A stretch of DNA of 11,183 nt from an archaeon. Lineage in GTDB: Archaea > Iainarchaeota > Iainarchaeia > Iainarchaeales > 1-14-0-10-31-34. The DNA is taken from positions 1-11,183 of the forward strand of contig JBDRFE010000018.1 of the NCBI GenBank assembly GCA_043819075.1, given 5' to 3'. Below the pieces are notes generated by a model. The model was not told the DNA's origin and did not search any database. It saw only the letters and a program-made list of their open reading frames with translations. Positions 1 to 7,899 of this stretch are shown here, in pieces. Within the stretch, counting starts at the first letter, position 1. Each line of letters opens with the position of its first letter. A program made the position numbers and the translations under genes.

Positions 1-708
1 GCAGTAAGGAAAAGCAAATCAAATCCTGTTATAATTTATTCTTCCACCAACAAAGTTTATGGTGGAATGGAAGACATTAAAATAACTGAAAGAAACTCAA
101 GGCATGAATACCAAGACATTCCTGACGGAATAAAAGAAGACAGGCTGTTGGATTTTCATTCACCTTATGGCTGCAGTAAAGGAACCGGAGACCAGTATGC
201 AAGAGATTACAGCAGAATTTACGGATTGAATTCAGTTGTTTTCAGGCAGAGCTGCATTTACGGAAAAAGGCAGTTCGGAATAGAAGACCAGGGATGGGTT
301 GCATGGTTTACTATTGCATCGGTTTTAGGAAGAAAAATAACTATTTACGGCGATGGAAAACAGATTAGAGATGTATTGTATGCAGATGATTTGGTTAAGG
401 CATTTGATTTGGCAACACAAAAAATAAAGCAGGCAAAAGGAAAAATATTTAATATCGGCGGGGGCCCGAAAAACATTATGTCTTTGCTTGAATTAATTTC
501 TTTTTTAGGAGAATTTACAGGCAAAAAAATTGAGTACTCTTTTGATGACTGGCGCCCCGGAGACCAGCCGGTTTATGTTTCAAACATAGAGAAAGCAGAA
601 AAAGAATTCGGCTGGAAACCGGAAATTTCTGCAAAACAAGGCGTTAAACTACTTGCAGAATGGGTTAAAGAAAACAAAAAAGAAATAGAGTCATTAAAGC
701 TGTTATGA
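1..708 (+). CDS. rfbE: NAD-dependent epimerase/dehydratase (extended SDR), CDP-paratose 2-epimerase (CDP-tyvelose epimerase)-like; 5' end lies outside the window
   Basis: Frame 1 is open from base 1 (AVRKSKSNPVIIYSSTNKVYGG), so the Met at 67 is internal. Motifs SSTNKVYG, HSPYGCSKG (YxxxK), FRQSCIYGxRQFGxEDQGWVAWF, GDGKQIRDVL and WRPGDQ match the RfbE subfamily. Stop TGA at 706-708. The true substrate is unverified. Confidence 0.85.
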   Translation, partial: AVRKSKSNPVIIYSSTNKVYGGMEDIKITERNSRHEYQDIPDGIKEDRLLDFHSPYGCSKGTGDQYARDYSRIYGLNSVVFRQSCIYGKRQFGIEDQGWVAWFTIASVLGRKITIYGDGKQIRDVLYADDLVKAFDLATQKIKQAKGKIFNIGGGPKNIMSLLELISFLGEFTGKKIEYSFDDWRPGDQPVYVSNIEKAEKEFGWKPEISAKQGVKLLAEWVKENKKEIESLKLL

Positions 709-778
709 CGTTCTTCCAGCAACAAGAGCGTGCACTTAAAAAAGAATGTCATTTTACGCAAACAAAAATTCAAATAAC

Positions 779-784
779 TTTTTT
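779..784 (+). terminator. Possible oligo-T terminator after the rfbE-like gene
   Basis: T6 run inside a T-rich stretch (actttttttgattgttgattt-like, 777-796) in the only long intergenic gap. No hairpin. Weak evidence in an AT-rich sequence. Confidence 0.2.
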
Positions 785-806
785 GATTGTTGATTTGGGG
801 ATTGTA

Positions 807-825
807 CCAAAAACTGCTTTATAAA
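807..825 (+). promoter_or_regulatory. Putative archaeal-type promoter (TATA box TTTATAAA preceded by an A-rich, BRE-like stretch)
   Basis: ccaaaaactgcTTTATAAA, with the box at 818-825, about 57 bp upstream of the ATG at 882 in a 173-bp intergenic region. A second TATA-like element (ttatatta) lies at 837-844. Confidence 0.4.
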
Positions 826-881
826 AAAGGAACCAATTATATTAATAAAAACAATTCTTGACAATTTTTTAGCTGATTTTA

Positions 882-1997
882 ATGAAAAAAAAAGTTCTGG
901 TTACAGGCGGGGCAGGATTCATTGGCTCTTATATAGTTGACAAATTAATTGAAGAAGGTCATGAAGTAAGGATTTTAGATAATTTAGATGAACAGGTTCA
1001 CAAAGGAATAAAGCCAGATTATCTGAACAAAAAAGCTGAATTTATTAAAGGAGATATAAGAGACAGAAAAACAGTTAAGAAAGCACTTGAAGACATTGAA
1101 ATGGTTTTTCATAAAGCTGCGGCAGTTGGAATTGGGCAGTCAATGTATGAAATAGAAAGATATGTTGATGTTAATTCAAGAGGAACTGCATTGTTAATGG
1201 ATGTTATTGTAAATGAAAGAAACGATGTAAAAAAAATAATTCTGGCTTCTTCAATGACTTCTTATGGGGAAGGATTATATGAATGCAGTTTCTGCGGGCA
1301 GGTAGAACCAGAATTAAGAACACAAGAAAATATTAAAATAGGAAAATGGGAGCCAGACTGCCCAAAATGCGGAAAAGAAATTAGGGCAATTCCTACTGGA
1401 GAAGAAAAAACTCAAAAACCTAATTCAATTTATGGAATAACAAAAAAAAATCAAGAAGATATTGTGCTGAAAACAGGAAAAACTTACGGAATTCCTGCAG
1501 TTTCTTTAAGGTATTTCACAGTCTTTGGCCCAAGACAAGCACTGCACAATCCTTACGCAGGAGTTATAGCAGTATTTATGAGCAGAATAAAAAACAACAA
1601 TCCGCCAACAGTTTATGAAAATGGACTGCAAACAAGAGATTTTATTTCAGTGCATGATGCAGTTGAAGCAAATTTGCTTGCAATCAAATCTAATTCAGCA
1701 AATTATGAAGCATTTAACATAGGTTCAGGAAAAGCAATTTCAATAAAAGAAGCAGCAGAAACAATCGCTGAACTTTATAATTCAAAAATAAAGCCAGAAA
1801 TAAAAAATAAATTCAGGAAAGGAGATGTGAGGCATTGCTTTGCAGACATAAGCAAAGCAAAAAATAAACTGAACTGGCAACCAAAAGTTTCCTTTAAGCA
1901 AGGAATTCGAGAAATAATTCAATGGAGCAAAACAATTGAGGCGAAAGATTTATTTGAAAAAGCTTCAAGAGAACTAGAAGAAAAGGGAATTGTTTGA
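882..1997 (+). CDS. NAD-dependent epimerase/dehydratase (extended SDR), WbiB (dTDP-L-rhamnose 4-epimerase)-like, with a CxxC...CxxC insertion
   Basis: N-terminal VLVTGGAGFIG Rossmann motif, HKAAAVGIGQSMY, ASSMTSYGEG, catalytic YGITK, GPRQALHNPYAGV, FRKGDVRHCFADIS. Cys pairs CSFC (1284-1295) and CPKC (1359-1370). Confidence 0.85.
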   Translation: MKKKVLVTGGAGFIGSYIVDKLIEEGHEVRILDNLDEQVHKGIKPDYLNKKAEFIKGDIRDRKTVKKALEDIEMVFHKAAAVGIGQSMYEIERYVDVNSRGTALLMDVIVNERNDVKKIILASSMTSYGEGLYECSFCGQVEPELRTQENIKIGKWEPDCPKCGKEIRAIPTGEEKTQKPNSIYGITKKNQEDIVLKTGKTYGIPAVSLRYFTVFGPRQALHNPYAGVIAVFMSRIKNNNPPTVYENGLQTRDFISVHDAVEANLLAIKSNSANYEAFNIGSGKAISIKEAAETIAELYNSKIKPEIKNKFRKGDVRHCFADISKAKNKLNWQPKVSFKQGIREIIQWSKTIEAKDLFEKASRELEEKGIV

Positions 1998-3391
1998 TGC
2001 TTATGCAAGAAAAAATAAAAACAAAAGAAAACGGAGAAATAAATGTTAGAGAGAATTTATTTAAAGAAATAAAAGAAGAAAAGAAACCAATTCATGTTGT
2101 TTTGATTGCAACAAAACCCGACATAATAAAGCAGGCGCCCCTGATACTTGAATTAAAAAAAGAAAACGAGTTTGTTGTTGTAGTGCATTCAGGCCAGCAT
2201 TATTCATGGAATTTATCTAAAGGAATGGAACAGGAATTCGGAATAATTCCTGACATTAACTTAAATGTTAAAGGAAAACTGTTTGAACAGCAAAGCCAGA
2301 TAATAAACAGATTAGGAATAGTGCTTGAAAAAATCGGGAAAAAAGTTATTCCATACACTTATGGCGACACAACAACTGCTTTAGCAGGAGGAATCGCATG
2401 CTTTGCATTAAAAAACGGAGTAGCGCACGTTGAAGCAGGCTTAAGGACAATGACTCCGCCAAAAGAAATGTTTGATTATTTAATGAAAGGATTTGAAACA
2501 GAAGAATACTATGAAAAATTAATGAAAAAAGATGGCTGGACTAAAGGCTCTTATGAACCATACCCTGAACAGTTTGATACAAGAGGTGCTGCACCAAGCG
2601 CCGGAATCCATTTTGCGCCAACAGAACTGAATGCAGTTCATCTTGAAAATGAAGGATACGAAAAAAAAAGGATTTTCATTGTAGGCAATCCAGTTGTAGA
2701 TGCATTAGAGTTTGCGGAAAAAAGAATAAAAGAAAGTTCAATCTTTGAAAAATACCCTGTGTTAGATGAAGGGAATTTTATAAGGTTCTGCATTCACAGA
2801 AGGGAAAACATTTCTTCAGAGCACAGGTTTAAAGTATTATATGATTCAATGGTTGAATTAATTAAAGAAGAAAAAAACATTTTATTGATTTCCCTTGGCG
2901 CAACAGAAAAAGCCCTGCAGGAATACAATTTAAAGAAAAAAACAGAAGAGCTTGCAGAAAAACACAAAAATTTTGTTTACAGCCCTGTATGGCCTGAATA
3001 CACTGATGTGATTGCTGCAATGAAAAAATGCAGTGCAATTGCAACTGATTCAGGTTCAATTCAAGAAGAAACAAATTCCCTTGGAATACCTGGAATTGTC
3101 TTAAGGTTTAACTCTGACAGGCCAGAGGCAGTGTTTGAAGGCAGCAATATTATTGCTCCTCCGATAAAAAAAGAGATTGTGCTGAAAATAATAAAGGATG
3201 TAACAGAAAACAATGAATTAAACAAAAAAATGAGGCACAGGAAAAAACTGTACGGAAAAGATGTTTCAAAAAAAATGGTTGCAATAACAAAAAAAATAAC
3301 TGAAAAAGAAGAATTATTTGAGTTATTTGAGCATGAAAGGCTTGGATTAAGCAAAAAAGATTTCTGGAAAAAAGGCGGGATTGACTGGTGA
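1997..3391 (+). CDS. wecB: UDP-N-acetylglucosamine 2-epimerase (non-hydrolysing, WecB/MnaA family), divergent
   Basis: Motifs ATKPDIIK (GTRPExIK-like), SGQHY, GDTTT, HVEAGLRT, HFAPT, GNPVVDAL, HRREN, TDSGSIQEE, DRPEAV. The start is probably the ATG at 1997 (TGATG overlap with the upstream stop); TTG 1994 and ATG 2003 are alternatives. Confidence 0.85.
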   Translation: MLMQEKIKTKENGEINVRENLFKEIKEEKKPIHVVLIATKPDIIKQAPLILELKKENEFVVVVHSGQHYSWNLSKGMEQEFGIIPDINLNVKGKLFEQQSQIINRLGIVLEKIGKKVIPYTYGDTTTALAGGIACFALKNGVAHVEAGLRTMTPPKEMFDYLMKGFETEEYYEKLMKKDGWTKGSYEPYPEQFDTRGAAPSAGIHFAPTELNAVHLENEGYEKKRIFIVGNPVVDALEFAEKRIKESSIFEKYPVLDEGNFIRFCIHRRENISSEHRFKVLYDSMVELIKEEKNILLISLGATEKALQEYNLKKKTEELAEKHKNFVYSPVWPEYTDVIAAMKKCSAIATDSGSIQEETNSLGIPGIVLRFNSDRPEAVFEGSNIIAPPIKKEIVLKIIKDVTENNELNKKMRHRKKLYGKDVSKKMVAITKKITEKEELFELFEHERLGLSKKDFWKKGGIDW

Positions 3392-4257
3392 AAAGCGCAA
3401 GCATTGTGATTCTTACATTTAACAGGGAAAAAGTAATAGGCAGGACACTAAAAGCAATGCTTGAACAGAATTACCCTGAATACGAAATAATAATAATAAA
3501 TGATGCAAGCAAAGACAACACAAAAAAAGTTCTTGAAAAATTCAGTAACATGAAAAAAATAACTGTAATCAATAACGAAAAAGAAAAAGGCCCTTGTGCT
3601 GCAAGAAATCAGGGAATAAAGTTTGCAAAAAATGATTTAATAATAGTAATGGACGACGACTGTATTCCGGAAAAAAACTGGCTGAAAACAATGATTAAAG
3701 GATTTGATTCAGATAAAGTCGGAATGGTTTCAGGTTATTCAATTCACGGAGGCACTTCAACTGCTTTCAGCAGGAAAGCGCTTGACAAAACAGGATTGTA
3801 TGACGAAAAATATTTTTATTACAGGGAAGACACAGACCTTGTTTTCAGGATAATGGATGCAGGATTTGAAATAAAACAGGTTAATGCAAAATACTTTCAT
3901 GACCACAAAATAGAAAAACCTGAAAGCTTAACTGCTTTTTTAAGCCACGCGTGGAAAAGGCTGAAAAACCACAAAAACGATGTGCTGTTATACAAAAAAA
4001 ATCCTTCAAGAACAAAAAAATTCCTTGATATAAAGCTGGGGTTTATTGTTAACCCAGTAAATGATTTTAAGGCAGCAACAGGGTTATGGCATAAAGGAGG
4101 AAAAATAAATTTAAGTTCTCCAAGAGGCATAATTTTCCTTGAAAACCGAAGTTTGTTCCATTACCTTATTATAGTATTAGGGGGAATTTTTTATGTGATT
4201 GCAGTTAAGGCTGCAAGGTTTTATGGAAGCATTAAATTCGGAAAACTCCTGGTTTAG
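3388..4257 (+). CDS. Glycosyltransferase family 2 (GT-A) with a C-terminal hydrophobic segment
   Basis: SIVILTFNR, INDASKD, GPCAARNQG, DxD motif MDDDC, GLYDEKY, REDTDL. Hydrophobic stretch YLIIVLGGIFYVIAV near the C-terminus. GTG start overlaps the upstream stop (GTGA, 3388-3391). Confidence 0.9.
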   Translation: MKSASIVILTFNREKVIGRTLKAMLEQNYPEYEIIIINDASKDNTKKVLEKFSNMKKITVINNEKEKGPCAARNQGIKFAKNDLIIVMDDDCIPEKNWLKTMIKGFDSDKVGMVSGYSIHGGTSTAFSRKALDKTGLYDEKYFYYREDTDLVFRIMDAGFEIKQVNAKYFHDHKIEKPESLTAFLSHAWKRLKNHKNDVLLYKKNPSRTKKFLDIKLGFIVNPVNDFKAATGLWHKGGKINLSSPRGIIFLENRSLFHYLIIVLGGIFYVIAVKAARFYGSIKFGKLLV

Positions 4258-4315
4258 AGGCCAAAAACAATCAATGAGTTTTCATTAATTTAATAAAAAA
4301 ACTAGAGTGAAAAAA

Positions 4316-5800
4316 ATGAAAGACCTTAAGATTTTAATGTTAAACCCTCCTTTCAAAAAATATTATTCAAGGCAGAGCCGTTCCCCTTGCGTCACAAAAA
4401 GCAGGACATTATATTTTCCTTATTATCTGGCTTATGCAACAGGAGCATTAGAAAAAGCAGGGTTTAAACCAGAATTAGTTGATGCAATTGCAAGGAAATG
4501 GGATACAAAAGAAACAATCGAATATGCAAAAAAAGGAAAGTTTGATTTCATTGTAATGGATACAAGCACTCCAAGCATTTTCAATGACATAAAAGTGGCA
4601 GGAGAAATAAAAAAGGTTTTGCCGGAAAGCCACATAACAATGATTAATACTCATGTAACTAATTTGCCTGAATGGACTTTAAATCAAAGCAATGCTATTG
4701 ACTCAGTCTGCATAGGGGAATTTGACAACACTTTAGTTGATTTGGCCCAAACATTAAGCCAGGGAAAAGAATTAAACAAAGTGAAAGGAATTGCATTCAA
4801 AGAAAAAAAACAGTTTATGCAAAATGGTTCCGGCAGGTTAGTTGAAAACTTGGATGAACTGCCTTTTGTCTCGGAGATTTATTTAAGGCATTTTGGCGAA
4901 AAACTGATAAAAGAATATTTTTATGCTTCAATTAAATGGCCTGAAATTCAAATCCTTACGGCAAGGGGTTGCCCTAACGGATGCAGTTTCTGCAATATTC
5001 CAATGAAGCATTCTTATAGGGCAAGAAGCATTCCAAATGTGATTGACGAGCTTAAATTCATCCAGAAAAACATGCCTTTCCTTAATGAAATAATGATTGA
5101 AGACGATACTTTTCCTGCTGACAAGAAAAGGACAATTGAATTATGCAATGCAATGGTTGACAACGGAATAAAATTGACTTGGAGCACTAATGCAAGAGTC
5201 AACACTGATTTTGAAACCCTGGAAAAAATGAAACAGGCAGGATGCAGGCTGGTTTGTGTTGGATTTGAAACTCCGAACCAAAAAGTATTGAACGACATTT
5301 TTAAAGGGCAAACAAAAAACATGCAGGTTGAATTCAAAAAAAGGGCTGACAAAACAGGGATTTTAGTTAACGGGTGCTTTATTTTGGGTTTGCCTGGCGA
5401 CACCCCTGAAACAATGCAGGCAACAATTGATTTTGCAAAATACCTGAATTCAAATACCTCGCAATTTTATCCTTTAATGGTTTACCCCGGAACCCCGGCA
5501 TTTAACTGGGCAAAAGAAACAGGGTATTTGTCAACAGAAGATTTTTCTAAATGGATTACAGAAGAAGGGCTGCATAACACTGTTATCAGCAGACCTGAAT
5601 TAAGCGCAGAAGAATTAGTTAAATGGTGCAATAAAGCAAGGCTTGAATTTTATGCAAAAAATCCAAAATACTGGGCAAAAATGCTAAAACAGATTGCAAA
5701 AGACCCGAAAGAAGGAATAAGAATTTTAAAAGGCGGAAAAATTTTGGTTAAGCATCTGGCAAAATCTGTTTTTTCAGATGACGCAAAAGTGAAAAAATGA
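4316..5800 (+). CDS. B12-binding-domain radical SAM protein (HpnJ-like / class B-like)
   Basis: N-terminal ILMLNPP...YFPYYLAYA...LVDA...DTSTPS...GEFD cobalamin-binding-type domain. ARGCPNGCSFC (CxxxCxxC, 4970-4993), EDDTF, NAR, CVGFET, FILGLPGDT, YPGT. ATG 4316 follows GAGTGA; the in-frame GTG at 4307 is the alternative start. Confidence 0.9.
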   Translation: MKDLKILMLNPPFKKYYSRQSRSPCVTKSRTLYFPYYLAYATGALEKAGFKPELVDAIARKWDTKETIEYAKKGKFDFIVMDTSTPSIFNDIKVAGEIKKVLPESHITMINTHVTNLPEWTLNQSNAIDSVCIGEFDNTLVDLAQTLSQGKELNKVKGIAFKEKKQFMQNGSGRLVENLDELPFVSEIYLRHFGEKLIKEYFYASIKWPEIQILTARGCPNGCSFCNIPMKHSYRARSIPNVIDELKFIQKNMPFLNEIMIEDDTFPADKKRTIELCNAMVDNGIKLTWSTNARVNTDFETLEKMKQAGCRLVCVGFETPNQKVLNDIFKGQTKNMQVEFKKRADKTGILVNGCFILGLPGDTPETMQATIDFAKYLNSNTSQFYPLMVYPGTPAFNWAKETGYLSTEDFSKWITEEGLHNTVISRPELSAEELVKWCNKARLEFYAKNPKYWAKMLKQIAKDPKEGIRILKGGKILVKHLAKSVFSDDAKVKK

Positions 5801-6813
5801 TTTCAGTTATTGTCCCTGCCTTTAATTCAGGAAAAACTATTGCAGAAACAATTTCTTCCATTCTTTCGCAGAAAACAAAAAAAGAATTTGAATTAATTGT
5901 AGTAGATGATGCAAGCACTGACAGCACACTAAAAAAAATAAGTGAATTCGATAAAGTAAAATTAATTAAGCTTGAAAAAAATTCCGGCCCAGCTGTTGCA
6001 AGGAATGCGGGGGCAAAAAAAGCCAGAGGCGAAATAATTGTTTTCACCGACTCTGATTGTGTTGCAGAAAAAAACTGGCTTGAAGAAATGATTAAGCCGT
6101 TTGAAGACACAAAAGTTGCTGGAGTTCAAGGAGCATACAAAACAAAACAAAATTCTCTTACAGCAAGGTTTGTCCAGGCAGAAATAGAGGACAGGTATGA
6201 TTTAATGAAAAAATCAATGCAAAAAAACGGTTCAATTGATTTTATCGGAAGCTATTCTGCGGCTTACAGGAAAAAAACTTTTTTAGAGTTTAATGGATTC
6301 AATGAAAGCTTTCCGATTGCTTCAGGCGAAGACCCTGAACTAAGCTATAGAATGGAAAAAAAAGGGTTAAAGCTTGAATTCAATCCAAAAGCAGTTGTAT
6401 GGCATGTTCATCCAGAAAGTTTCCTTAAATACATTAAAGTAAAATTCTTCAGAGGCTACTGGAGGGTTTTAATGTACAAAGAGCATAAAGACAAAATGCT
6501 AAAAGACTCTTATACCCCGCAGGCATTAAAATTCCAGATAATCTTATTGTATGCAATAATAACAGGATTAATTTTGACTGCACTCAATAAATTAATCCAG
6601 TTTAATCCATTAATAAGCAATTCAGTTAATTCTGCTTTAAGCCTGTTCATAATAACTGCAGCAGCTTTATTCATTCTTTCAATAATTCCATTCACATTAA
6701 AGGCATTAAAAAAAGATTTTACTGCAGGAATTCTTGTTCCTGCTTTTGTTTTTTTCAGAACTCTCTCATTTTGTTCAGGGCTGATTACAGGAATATTGAA
6801 GGCGGGAAAATGA
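5797..6813 (+). CDS. Glycosyltransferase family 2 with 2-3 C-terminal transmembrane helices
   Basis: ISVIVPAFN, VDDASTD, GPAVARNAG, DxD motif TDSDC, GFNESF, GEDPEL. Hydrophobic C-terminal segments (FQIILLYAIITGLILTAL; ALSLFIITAAALFILSIIPF; AGILVPAFVFF). ATGA overlap with the radical SAM stop. Confidence 0.92.
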   Translation: MISVIVPAFNSGKTIAETISSILSQKTKKEFELIVVDDASTDSTLKKISEFDKVKLIKLEKNSGPAVARNAGAKKARGEIIVFTDSDCVAEKNWLEEMIKPFEDTKVAGVQGAYKTKQNSLTARFVQAEIEDRYDLMKKSMQKNGSIDFIGSYSAAYRKKTFLEFNGFNESFPIASGEDPELSYRMEKKGLKLEFNPKAVVWHVHPESFLKYIKVKFFRGYWRVLMYKEHKDKMLKDSYTPQALKFQIILLYAIITGLILTALNKLIQFNPLISNSVNSALSLFIITAAALFILSIIPFTLKALKKDFTAGILVPAFVFFRTLSFCSGLITGILKAGK

Positions 6814-7898
6814 AAGTACTGCATGTATCACACCATTTTTTTCCATGCATTGGCGGAACAGAAAAATTTATTTTAGATTTATGCATTGAACTCAAAAAAA
6901 ACAAAATTGAGCCAAAAGTAGTGTGCTTAAACAAATGCCCTGCCAGTGAAAAAAAATTAAGGGAAAAAGAAACAGTTAAAGGAATAAAGGTAACAAGGAT
7001 TCCTTTCACTGACCTGAAATTATACAAGATAGCGCCAAAAGTAAATGAATACTTAAAGGATTCAGATTTAATTCACGTGCACGGGATAGGGTTTTTCTCT
7101 GACTTTATTCTTGCAAAACAAACAGAACACAAAAAGCCTGTAATAATTTCAACTCACGGAGGAATATTCCATACAAACAAGAAAAGCCTGCTTAAAAAAT
7201 TTTACCATAACTTCTGGCTGAAACACCAGCTGAAAAAAGCCTGCAGGATAATCGCTGACAGTTCAAACGATTTTGAGCAGTTCAAAAAAATTTCTGAAAA
7301 AACTGTTTTTGTCCAGAATGCAGTGGATACAAAAAAGTTTTCATTCAAAGGAAAAAAAGATTTCAGTAAATGCGTTTTTGTGGGAAGACTGTCAAAAAAC
7401 AAGAGAATAGACTTATTGATTGAAAGGTTTGCTGAAATACACAAAGAATTTCCTGAAAAAACTCTTGAAATAATCGGCGGAGATTTTGATAACATAGAAA
7501 AAAAATTAAAGGAAAAGGTAGAAGAACTCGGATTGGAAAAAAAAGTGTTTTTCAGGGGAAAATTAAATGAAAAAGAACTTATAAAAAAAGTAAAACAAGC
7601 AGGATTTTATTTTTCTGCATCAGAATACGAGGGATTCGGCATTGCAGTAATTGAAGCAATGGCAGCAGGAACAATTCCTGTGTTAAATGACATTCAGGCT
7701 TTCAGGGAATTAGTGAAAAACGGGAAAACCGGTTATTTGATTGACTTTAAGGAAAAAAACTCGCTGAAAAAAATACTGGAAAAAAACAGAAAAGAATTGA
7801 ACAGGGTTTCAAAAAACTGCGTTAAAAAAGCAAAAAAATTTGAATGGAAAGAAAAGGTGAAAGAAATTGAAAAAATTTACACTGAATGCTTGAACTGA
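6810..7898 (+). CDS. Glycosyltransferase family 4 (GT-B), GumH/AceC alpha-1,3-mannosyltransferase-like
   Basis: MKVLHVSHHFFPCIGGTE, IHVHGIGFFSDF, STHGGIFHT, FVGRLSKNKR, EX7E motif YEGFGIAVIEAMAAG followed by IPVLNDIQAF. The probable start is ATG 6810 (ATGA overlap with the upstream stop, preceded by AGGCGG), not 6771. Confidence 0.88.
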   Translation: MKVLHVSHHFFPCIGGTEKFILDLCIELKKNKIEPKVVCLNKCPASEKKLREKETVKGIKVTRIPFTDLKLYKIAPKVNEYLKDSDLIHVHGIGFFSDFILAKQTEHKKPVIISTHGGIFHTNKKSLLKKFYHNFWLKHQLKKACRIIADSSNDFEQFKKISEKTVFVQNAVDTKKFSFKGKKDFSKCVFVGRLSKNKRIDLLIERFAEIHKEFPEKTLEIIGGDFDNIEKKLKEKVEELGLEKKVFFRGKLNEKELIKKVKQAGFYFSASEYEGFGIAVIEAMAAGTIPVLNDIQAFRELVKNGKTGYLIDFKEKNSLKKILEKNRKELNRVSKNCVKKAKKFEWKEKVKEIEKIYTECLN

Positions 7899-7899
7899 T

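Noticed and set aside
858..863. Perfect bacterial -35 hexamer TTGACA
   Set aside because: A -10 box at 17-bp spacing would fall on the start codon (aatgaa, 881-886) and does not match TATAAT.
4316..5800. Naming the radical SAM gene hpnJ or bchE
   Set aside because: No hopanoid or bacteriochlorophyll genes are in the window, and the similarity supports only a family-level call.
6771..6809. 13-aa N-terminal extension of the GumH-like GT4 in the ORF track
   Set aside because: It overlaps the upstream GT2. ATG 6810 gives a typical MKVLHV GT4 start with ATGA coupling and a purine-rich upstream motif.
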